A stretch of 64,000 nucleotides of DNA from Epiperipatus broadwayi (Eukaryota; Animalia; Onychophora). Location: the NCBI GenBank assembly GCA_028023455.1, contig JAQFVV010000003.1:18228001-18292000 (forward strand). Direction: 5' to 3'. Of this stretch, positions 39,777-49,930 are shown piece after piece; the first letter of the stretch is position 1; each line of letters starts with the position of its first letter. The position numbers and the translations under genes were made by a program. The notes below the pieces were generated by a model that was not told where the DNA came from, made no database searches, and saw nothing but the letters and a program-made list of their open reading frames with translations.

Positions 39777-40005
39777 ATTTAGCTTTTTCACTACACGGAA
39801 TATCCCGCAAATAGTAATAATAATATGATATATATATATATTAGATAATAATCAATAAAGCAATATCGTATATAGCATGGCATTGATTTTATGAGCTTGT
39901 GTTTATAAATATGTAATATAGAGAGTGTATCAATAACTCAAACAAACTCTTAATTGAGAAGTGCAGTAAGAGAAAATATTTAAATCTTTATCTGGAACAT
40001 TTCCA

Positions 40006-40050
40006 TCCCCAGACCAATTGGTTTTGAGCTTTTGGCTCTCTCAGTGAAGA
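40006..40050 (-). ncRNA. Hammerhead relic, array copy 1 (1-nt core deletion, G12>A)
   Basis: TCTTCA CTGAGA GAGC CAAAA GCTC AAAA CCAATTGGTC TGGGGA. Confidence 0.75.
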
Positions 40051-40568
40051 GCTAGAATATTCAAACACTATATTTAAAATATCAACTCAAAGCTGGCACT
40101 TATTTAATACGTAACATTTAAGTAGAAACTCTGAAATTTTCGGACATAAAAATGTCTTTAGCTCCAGCTATCTAACTTAAATAGCTATATGGGACTGAAC
40201 CAAATTCAGATCTATCCTATATTAATAGCCTTAGCATTGCCAAGGCCTTAAAGAGCTTGTTTGAGCTATTGGTATGCTCCCTATATTACATATTTGTAAA
40301 TACAAACTCATAAAAGCAATCTCACATTATATATGACTTGCTTTATTGATTATTATAATTTTACCTTTAAGGCCTTGGCAATGCTAAGGCTATTAATATA
40401 TGATAGATTTGAACTTGGTTCAGTCCCACATAGTTGTTTAAATTAGATAGTTGGAGTTAAAGACATTTTCATGTCCGAAAATTTCAGAGTTTCTATTTAA
40501 ATGTTATGTATTAAATAAGTGCTGGGCTTTGAATTGATATTTTAGATCTAGTGTCTGAATATTCTAGC

Positions 40569-40614
40569 TCTTTACTGAGGTGAGCCAAAAGCTCAAAACC
40601 AATTGCTCTGTGGA
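40569..40614 (+). ncRNA. Hammerhead relic, array copy 2
   Basis: TCTTTA CTGAGGT GAGC CAAAA GCTC AAAA CCAATTGCTC TGTGGA. Confidence 0.7.
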
Positions 40615-40987
40615 TGGGAATGTTCCAGATAGAGATTTTAAATATTTTCTCTTATTGCACTTATCAATTAAGAGCTTGTTTGAGCTATTGGTACACTCTC
40701 TATATTACATATTTGTAAATACAAGCTTATAAAAGCAATGTCATGCTATATATGACTTGCTTTATTGATGATTATAATTTTACCTTTAAGGCCTTGGCAA
40801 TGTTAAGGTTATTAATGTATGGTAGATCTGAATTTGGTTCAGTCCCATATAGCTATTTAAGTTAAATAGCTGGAGTTAAAGACATTTTCTTGTCAGAAAA
40901 TTTCAGAGTTTCTACTTGAATATTACATATGAAATAAGTGCTGGGTTTTGAGTTGATATTTTAGATCTAGTGCCTGAATTTTCTAGC

Positions 40988-41033
40988 TCCTCACTGACAT
41001 GAGCCAAAAGCTCAAAACCAATTGATCTGGGGA
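40988..41033 (+). ncRNA. Hammerhead relic, array copy 3
   Basis: TCCTCA CTGACAT GAGC CAAAA GCTC AAAA CCAATTGATC TGGGGA. Confidence 0.7.
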
Positions 41034-41511
41034 TGGGAATGTTCCAGATGAGAGATTTTAAATATTTTCTCTTACCACACTTATCAAATAAGAGCTTGTG
41101 TAGGCTATTGCTACGCTTCCTATATTACATATATATTAGATATATATATTTATTTCTACTGCTATGAAAATACAGTAAAACCTTTAAATGAGTTTTCCAA
41201 TTTGCATCATCACAATCTCTTCTTATTAACAGAAATTTTTTGTCATATTTTAAAGTTAATGTCCATTTTTTGAGTGTGTGTGACCTTGCACATTGTTGCT
41301 GAGCATATGTAAAGCTGTGGGAAAGAATAGAATTTATTATAAACTCTACGGGTATTTTCATGTATTTGTGTCAGTTCATATCAAACAAAGATGGATTTTA
41401 TTATGGATTCCTATATTTTATCATCTTCAATCTATAGAATTAAATAATAATAAAAAACACTATGTTTAAAAAAAAAAAGCAAACATTAATGTTTTTTTTT
41501 TTATATGTCAA

Positions 41512-41583
41512 AGCATTGACCAGGAAGCAAACCCGGGCCAGCTGCTTAGAAGGCAGCTACGCTAACTACTAGGCCACCAACGC
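41512..41583 (-). pseudogene. tRNA-Gly(TCC)-derived pseudogene with the anticodon changed to TCT
   Basis: GCGTTGGTGGCCTAGTAGTTAGCGTAGCTGCCT-TCT-AAGCAGCTGGCCCGGGTTTGCTTCCTGGTCAATGC. Cloverleaf stems still pair, but the T-loop is mutated (TTTGCTT). An A11 run and then a T11 run lie downstream. Confidence 0.85.
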
Positions 41584-42015
41584 TCTATAAAATTGAAGTT
41601 ACTTTCTATACAAATTATTTTAAATCAGCGAACATTTTTGTTGTCAAGATGTATAAACATGTGTGTGTGTAATCAATCAGTAAATAAATAAATCACAGTA
41701 AGCTTTAATTTTTAAAAAATATTAAATAAGAAATAAATTGTAGAAGCACTTTCAATTATTACTGTGTAATTTAAATGTAATGGACAATTAGTATTAACAT
41801 AGGAAATGATTTGCATAATACACAAGATTGTAATGTAAGCATTATGAGAGTCAATTAAATGATCTATTTTATAAGAGAAAGCAATTGATAATGATTACAT
41901 TGCAAGAATTGAAAACACTTCTACATCTTAATTTATTATATATATTGTTTGCAGTTTCTATTATACATATTATTTGTAATGTGAAAAATATTTTTATTAT
42001 TTTTTTTTTTTTTAG

Positions 42016-44330
42016 GTTTAGAAGATTGGGATATAATCCGACCTCTTGACATTCCTCAGCCCCACATTTCTGCAGAACATAGATTTCTTCCTGGAACAAT
42101 ACTTAATCAGATGGAAAGAACATTCAGTTATGTGCAACGAGCATTTAATTTGAGTGATAATGAAGCTTATCAGCAACCTATCAAATTACTCAAACGTGCT
42201 ATGAGTGATTCTGAATTTCATAATTTTCTTGATTCTGATGGACGATTAATAAAGCCACAAGAATTGCGACTGAGCGTGTACCAAGGTGGTGTTGAACCAT
42301 CATTGCGTAAGGTTGTATGGAGGCATGTACTGAATGTGTTTCCTCATGGTATGACAGGAGCTGAACGTATGGACTATATGAAACAAAAATCACAAGAATA
42401 TTGCAGTTTGAGGGACACATGGCAGAAAGAAATTAAAAAAGGTCGCACTACTGATGAAATTATGTATATAACAAATATGGTTCGTAAAGATGTTTTACGG
42501 ACTGATCGTACTCATAAATTTTATGCTGGGTCTGATGATAATAAAAATGTTGTTTCATTATTTAATATTTTGACCACATATGCCTTGTCTCATCCTGATG
42601 TATCTTATTGCCAGGGAATGAGTGATATTGCATCACCATTATTAGTCATTATGAAAGATGAAGCAAATGCATATATATGTTTTTGTGCGCTAATGAAAAG
42701 ACTTAAACCAAACTTTATGATTGATGGAGAAGCTATGACTAAGAAGTTTCAACAGCTTTCAGAACTATTACAGTACTATGATGCTGAATTTTATGAATAT
42801 CTGAAACAAAATCAAGCTGATGATTTGCTTTTTTGCTACCGCTGGCTTTTACTTGAACTGAAGAGAGAATTTGCTTTTGATGATGCTCTTATCATGCTTG
42901 AAGTCATGTGGAGTTCTCTACCTCCAGATCCTCCAGAAAAGGAAATTGCTTTAACTGATAAAGACTTTTCTCAGATTAGTACAACACAGTCACCTAAATT
43001 TTTCACAAAAGAAACTCCTTACACTAAATTGTGTGCAATTCGTAAAGCATCTTCTTTTAGTCAGTCTCATTCATTGAAATCTATTACAATAACAAGCCCT
43101 GCTAAAACAGAGCAGAAATTAGAAGTATTAAATGGTGGTAGTGCCGAAGGAAGTCCTGATAAGTCGCAAAATAAAAAGCTTAATAGAACAGATAGTGCTT
43201 GCATGTCTGATAGTGAATTGTCTATGGATGATTCTAGTGAATATTTACAAATGAGTATTTCCATGACTCGAGAATTACGCATGGAACTAGCCAATCTTAA
43301 TAGTTCATTGCCAGGAAAATATTTACGCTATACACGTTTTGATTCTGAAGAATCTGAAACACCCACATCTACAGAAGGTAGAGATTTTTCAGGTAAAAGT
43401 TTTGATCATTCAGATGATATTCAAGAAGTTAGCGAACAGCAAGTTTCTGATACTGAACGGGATATATCTGAAATGAAAGGATCAGATAGTGACACAGATT
43501 TTCCTGACATTTCATGTGTGCTAGATGAAGTTATTGAAACACCAGTTAAAAAAGCTAAACCTAAAAACCCATTAGATGAAGAACAAAATCAAATACATGA
43601 GGAAGTTATTGTAAATGGTAAAAATGAAGAAAATGATGAGGAAGATGTTACCATTGAGGTTGAAAATCAGAAAGTTGCTGTTAAAACAATAATTAATCGT
43701 AACATAGAAAAGAGAAACTGTATGAATGCTCTGCATATTCTAAATAATTCTAAAAATGAGTGGAATAAGGATGCTGATGATGAAGATGGCATTTCAGAAT
43801 GTGGACCACAATTAAATAGGAATTCACAAGTAAGGACTAAAACTGAGGAATGGGATTTAGAAATGAATTCCTCAGAATCCTATAGTAATAACACAAATAC
43901 TAAAGCAAATGAAGAATCATTACATAGCAGCTCAGATTCTCCCCGACATCCAGCAGGTATAATTGATTCTGGTGTTACTGATCTCAGTACACCATTTCTT
44001 CAATCATGTGAGGACTTTGTGGAGACCACAAATATCATTAGTTACCATAAAAATGTCAAAGATGCTTCTAAACATCTTCCGCCACCACAAGAATTTGGAG
44101 GTGGCAATCCTTTTATGATGTTTTTATGTCTTACCTTACTACTTCAACATCGTGACCATATTATGAAAAACAAAATGGACTACAATGATTTGGCAATGCA
44201 TTTTGACAAAATGGTACGTAAACATAATGTTAATCGGGTTTTACACCAAGCTCGGTCATTATTTACAGAATATTTACAACATTGTAAACAAGAAGAGAAT
44301 AGTGATGAACTTTCCGATCTTAGTGTATAG
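42016..44330 (+). CDS. TBC1D25: TBC1D25 terminal coding exon: LIR (EDWDII), Rab-GAP TBC domain, long acidic insertion, conserved C-terminal block
   Basis: T13-AG acceptor, in frame with ORF 42111-44330. Contains GGVEPSLRKVVW, KDVLRTDR (Arg finger), YCQGMSD (Gln finger), FCYRWLLLELKREF and FGGGNPFMMFLC; stop TAG at 44328-44330. Confidence 0.96.
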
Positions 44331-45002
44331 GGGTCGCTTTGTATTATATTTCAAAATTTGTAAGTTATTGGACTGATTATTTTTGTAAATATTAATTTAA
44401 ATGAATAATATGAAATTAAGAGATTTATGTAAAGGAATAGATTTTTTTTTCTTTCAGATAAATTTTTACAAAAGAAAAAAATTAAAATCGTAAATTCTCT
44501 AAAAAGATTTGTAAAGTTTAAAATGTACAGAATCCTTTTGTTGGATTGTGTTGAATCTCCTATTCCAAAACAAAAAAGTGTATAAATCATATCAAGATGT
44601 GGATCTGATAGCTGCCTAATTTAGTCCTATGGACTTAAGCAGTTTCTTTTTATTTAATCTTTTTTTTTTATTTTGCGCTTAATCAAGAAAATAAATTTAT
44701 TATTTAAAGTATTCATTTTCTCTTTTTTTCGTTTATTATGGTCATTACCATTTGAAGAATTGGATTCATGAGTTGTGGAGAAGTCATGGAATTGTTTGTA
44801 AATGATATATTTTCAAACATAAAGGGAAAAAACCATTAATGTATGATTTGCATTTATTATACATTCATCCACTTAATACAATCTATTACTTAAAAAATCA
44901 ATATTTAAAAATATAAATGCATAGATGGATGCAATTTCTACAGATTCTAAGATTATATTGAAAATTTGTAAATATAATAAAAGAATCATCACATTGTTAT
45001 TT

Positions 45003-45108
45003 TTCAGGAATCCATAAGAAGTTTAAGTACCAGAAATAACATTTAGAGCCGCAATCCATGGACTTTGAGCTCTAAAGAAGGCCATTCTACCACTATACCA
45101 AATCATAC
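45003..45108 (-). mobile_element. Family S tRNA-derived SINE
   Basis: Minus-strand A box TGGTATAGTGGTAGAATGG and tail AAACTTCTTATGGATTCCTGA. Confidence 0.65.
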
Positions 45109-47396
45109 AGGGCAATTGTAAATGAAGATAATGTCATTAAAGTATAGTTACAATCAATAATCGTAGACAAAAAGAATGATTCTGCTATTTTGAAGCAAGG
45201 TAGACAATGTTCATTTTATTTGGAATTTAGATTTTTAGTTAACAAGTATGAAAATAGCAAAAACTAGAAGCTTCAAAGATGTAGATTTGGAGGAGAATGG
45301 AAAAGATATAATTAATAATGCACAAAATATTGAAGATTATTTATCGGAGAAATAATATATACTTAGAAGTAAAGATGTTAGGAAGATGTTGGAATGAAGA
45401 GAAAAAATATAATTGTTAGTTGAAGTCTGAGTTGAGATGAAATCCTTTTTTATATGGCCCCAGCTTAATTAATGCTTTTCTTGATAGGAATAGATAAGGA
45501 TTTAGTAAGCACTACCATCTAGCATTTTTTATTACTCAAGCTTATATGGCAACATTAGAATAAAATAAATAAACTTCAATCCTTTTTACAGATAATTGAG
45601 AATATATATTTAAAATTTCTTGTCAGGTGAGTAATATGGATTGAGGTTAAAATCTTTTTGGCAGATAAATGATAGTTTGGATTGAAATGTAAGACCTTTT
45701 GGCAAATAACTAATAATATATAATTATATTTGGGGAAAAAAACATTTGGGGTCTGAATTGAATTATGAGGCTCTCACTTTAGTTCATGCTACATATATTT
45801 GATACAGAAAAAATATGCTTGTCAAATGGATACGCTGGAGATGTTGGACAGATAACATGATAATGATGACATGTGAGGTAGGCATAGACAACTGCTTATA
45901 TAGTCAAGCGCCATCAAGTTGAGTACTATTGATGCATATTAATTGGCAGCCAGCCTCCCCCGTTTCCTTAATCAGAATTTGAATACTCACCATTTATGAT
46001 TGTCACAGAACCACTAGCTGAAAGTAAGGTCATTGAAAATGATTGATATAGTTTTAATAAGACTGTTATAATGGAAAAGCTTAGAACTATAATTTATTCT
46101 GTCATGACTATTTCTAAACTTTACTGCTGGGTATAACTAAATCATGGATGCCCCAACTTTTTTTATTTGCAACTTCTTTACTTTTAAAGTCTTTATAAAA
46201 TAAAAAACTGAATAAATGAACATGTATTAACTAAATTTCAAGGTAATATATTAAAAGGCATAGACTTTTCCAAGTATTCCTCTGTAGTGAAGAAGACTTT
46301 ACTAAGTAAGTCAACTACTGAGGATTTGTGGTTTGTTTTTTCTTGTAGTATTCTCCAGTTAAGAAGATACCCATTTATTAGCCAATAGTTAAAATGGGCT
46401 ATCTGCTTTAGTTGCTTAAAAAGTTTCCAATTTTTAAATGAATTTGAATTCAGAATTATTGGCATGACAGTAAAAAAAAATTTGCACAATAAAATGTTGA
46501 TATTAAAGCACAGATGTTATAGTCAAAAATAATATGCAAATAAATATTAGATAATAAAATTGTGCACAGTTTCAAATATACCACCCACTCTTGAGTTGCT
46601 ACTATAACAATTCTGTAAGAAGTAGGAATAGAGTAATAATATCGAAGGTTTTTTTTTTTGTTTTACTTATTGAATAATTGAATGGCAATACAGTCAATGC
46701 TTGTAGACTCCAATTACCAGTTTCTCACTACATGACTTTCATTCAGACAGGACAAATTAAGGATTGCATCCATCTAATGATTTCCTTTATTATGCTGTCC
46801 AAGCTAATGACCTGAAAGTTTCAGTGTAATTAAAATTTTAATCCATGATATTAATTTGGTTAGATACATGAAGCTGATATATAAAACTTGATAAATTTAT
46901 TTATAGATTAATTGTAAATAAGTTTACCTTTGAGCAGAAAGTTTTTGTATATATGCCAAATTCAAAAGCACGACTCTTGGCTTACTTTAGACAACTGGGA
47001 TATATATTTTTCTATCCTGATTTGTTTGCCCTGCCATCTAGTAATATGTTCAGCATTAACATAAAGTAGTTAAGTGAAGACGTAATGTCACTACTATAAT
47101 ATTTTACATGGTCATCATTTTTTAATCTTGTATCTAATGCACAATTCACAAAGTATTTCTATGGTGACTGTCATTACAATAGTACAAATATTTTCTAAAG
47201 ATGGCATAAAATATGTATAAATGATCTGTGATGATGTCTGATGGTTGTAATAAATGAAAAAAAAGAATAATTTATTTCTTGGAAGTTCATAAGTTTGTGC
47301 ATTGGAAGTGACAGAAATGGGCATAATCTAGAGATCCTAACCTCCTGCATTTGCCACTCTCCCATTGCATTAAAGTACACAGCACAGTTAAATCAG

Positions 47397-47904
47397 TAGT
47401 ATTTATATGTTGGACTATTTCCATCATGTAATATGAGTAATGAATGTCTTTAGAAAAATTTAATTTTATTAATATTCCAAATACATTCAACTGTTAGTAA
47501 TAGCACACAGGTTTTAGTATATGCACAACATTTTGAGAGGTATTATTCTCCCCTCTTCTTTAGGTGTTGCTAGTCTGACCAGTGACAGTACTAGCATGGG
47601 AATCGAACCTGGACCCTTAGATTCTTTGAGTATTGAATTTTAAGGTAACACTCTTAACCAACTGAGGTTCGATTCCCATGCTAGTACTGGCACTGGTCAG
47701 GCCAGCAACATCTGAAGAAGAGGGGAGAATAAGATCTCTCAAAATGTTATGCATATACTAATCTGTGTGCTATTATTAACAGTTGAATGTATTTGGAATA
47801 ATAATAAAGTTAATTTTTTCTAAAGACATTCAATACTCATATTAGATGATGGAAATAGTCCAACATGTAAATACAACTAAAACACTATCATCACTAACCT
47901 TCAG
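47397..47904. mobile_element. Family A, intermediate copy, with HHR relics in both arms (47523-47567 -, 47708-47751 +)
   Basis: The left arm ends in the A box and is fused directly to the right-arm B box (CCAACTGAG|GTTCGATTCCC, 47666/47667). CTGAAGA at 47712-47718. Same one-sided tail as the other copies. Confidence 0.88.
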
Positions 47905-48373
47905 TTAAATTAGTAATATTTTTAAATTGCCAATTTCTATGGAAAAGGCAATCCTCACTTCCAATGGAAAAATATAACTAGTCAAAGTGTTAAATATTTC
48001 AAGAAGCAAAGTTTGCTGTAGAAAAAATTTAAAAACATAACAAGGTAGCAACTAAACAGACTAAAGAATTAACAGGATATATATGTCTTTTAGTGATTAT
48101 TGTGTATATTCATTGCAATATTAACTTCTAAGATATGATTATTTGAATGTTTTTCTTTTTTGAAAGTTGGAATGACCATACTTATTTAAGCAACTGCTTT
48201 TTATGTTGATGGTTAGAACTGATACAAACATTCACATTAATTTCAAATGTACCAAATAAAAAATTAAGATAAATTGCATTTATATATTAAAATAAGTTAT
48301 AGAAAGAACCAATAAATATGTTATCAATTGGGTCTGTAAATTACAAAAAAAATATTTGACTCGATAAGCATTT

Positions 48374-48620
48374 GTGTTACAATTAAAGATTTGGACAATA
48401 TTACAGATTGAGAATATTTATCTAATTCTAAAAAATATTTATCAAAATGCAATGATTAGATGTTACAGTGATACCAAAAGATTAATATTGGTGAAAGTAT
48501 ATGATAGGGTGATTCTATTTCTCCAAAATTTTTATCATAATTTTATGGGAAAGATTTTAATGATTAATATGGGACATAAAAGAAGTAAAAATAAATGTAG
48601 ATTACTTTAATCATCTAGAT
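48374..48620 (+). mobile_element. Decayed RTE-like RT fragment
   Basis: ENIYLILKNIYQNAMIRC resembles GYCHILKNIYKNATATIRL in the RTE at 5811-6332. Confidence 0.4.
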
Positions 48621-49788
48621 TTTACACATGATGCACAAGAGCTATTAGTTTAAAATGAAGATAAAAATATAATGATTGAAATTAATTGAATTAAACTTGG
48701 ATGGAATGATTTTGGTAGAATAATATTAAAAGAACATACTAGAAGTTGCTTATAGTTTTGACATTTTGATTTTTATGGAGACTTCTGATAGCACAGTAAA
48801 ATATGGAGAGATATGTGAGATTAATGAGCAATGGGTGCCAAAATAAATAAGTATCATTGAAAGAATTAATAGGTTGAAATGGATCTATCCTATATATGTT
48901 ACTAGAAAAGTTAACCTGAATTCTTAAACTGCATTTTGAAAGATTAAAAAGATTTAGAAATTGAGAATAAGGAAGTTTGTCAGAGTGATGTGGAGAAAAG
49001 AATGTACGGAACAAAAAACTAGATTAAACTTGTAGATCTATGTACTGCAGTGAATAGGTAATAGTTAAAAGTGATAAAAAGATAGGCAGAACAGATAGTT
49101 AAATGGTGAAAGAATAGATTGCTTAATAAAAACTTTCACATGAGTAGTATAAGGAAAGAAGCTTGAATAAATTGGACAATATGAGAACAGTAATTAAATG
49201 TATTGATAAAGATAAAGCCAAATTGGATATATCTATTTAGGAGAGCAGGATAAATCAGAACAAGTTTAAAGCAGTCATTATGATAGTACAAACAGTAATT
49301 ATGAGAAAGTAATTGAATTGCCTTAGTTTGAATGACTTACATTCACCGACTTTATCCACTATCCATAAATATAAAATTTCAAGTAGTTTAAGGTGATAAA
49401 TCCCAATTGTCAACTCAGATCTGAAACTAATCCAAAATCTTTTATATTTGGAAATCTGTTACAAATCAACTCCAGCACATCAGACTTTAAGCAGAAAGTT
49501 TAATTGAAAAGGTAATTGTATAAAAAATAAAATATGGAGAATTACACATTTCTTCAAGCTTTAGTGATATGTACTGGGCTCATAAGTTAGAGTTATGAGT
49601 TTGAATCTTAGCAAGAATAGTGTATCATATAATAAAGGATTATTTGATTTTGGTCTTTAAAAATTTTGTAACTGTGATTTATGGAAAGAAAAAATGAAAA
49701 ATCTGGAAATAAGTTGGGATATAGAAAAAATTAAGTGAAGATCCTTATTCTAAAAACAAAATACATAAATTATATATCACAGCCTTAT

Positions 49789-49930
49789 TCTTAAATAAAT
49801 CTGTAGAATATAAGTAATCTGTTGTCAAGGCAACTAACACTAAGATTAAATAGCAAATGGTAGTTTCCATTTTCTATCCAATTTTAGTTGTTCCTTTGAC
49901 AACGTTTATATTCAGTAGGTTTATTTAAGT
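49789..49930. repeat. ~140-bp imperfect hairpin
   Basis: TTAAATAAATCTGTAGAATATAAG..GTTGTCAAGGCAACTAA / TTAGTTGTTCCTTTGACAACGTTTATATTCAGTAGGTTTATTTAA. Confidence 0.75.

Larger units (their letters stand above)
38780..39828 (-). mobile_element. 5'-truncated Penelope-like element with an inverted terminal duplication
   Basis: RT thumb (IYKKPTHSGRYLHFSSHH...ILPYIKGVTDRIGNILKK), GIY-YIG (GVYEIPCRVCPHTYIGQTNRRINIRKEEH, ~39235-39322) and RLLREAIEI. Inverted arms 38810-38912 and 39726-39828 are 102/103 identical, with a ~30-nt tail at 38780-38809 and (TA)n flanks. Confidence 0.95.
39845..41132. repeat. 419-bp-unit retrozyme-like array: one inverted unit (39845-40250) plus ~2.1 direct units (40251-41132)
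   Basis: Period measured twice (40364/40783; 40575/40994). One HHR-like motif per unit. The inversion junction has TTAA(A)G microhomology, and ATATATTAGATA occurs at both flanks (39836-39847, 41131-41142). Confidence 0.9.

Noticed and set aside
39845-41132. Mitochondrial rRNA insertion (NUMT) or plain satellite
   Set aside because: None of the universal 12S/16S motifs I recall are present, and a hammerhead fold in every unit explains the structure better.
42199-43294. Antisense ORFs 42199-42420 and 43067-43294
   Set aside because: Shadow ORFs on the strand opposite the TBC1D25 CDS.
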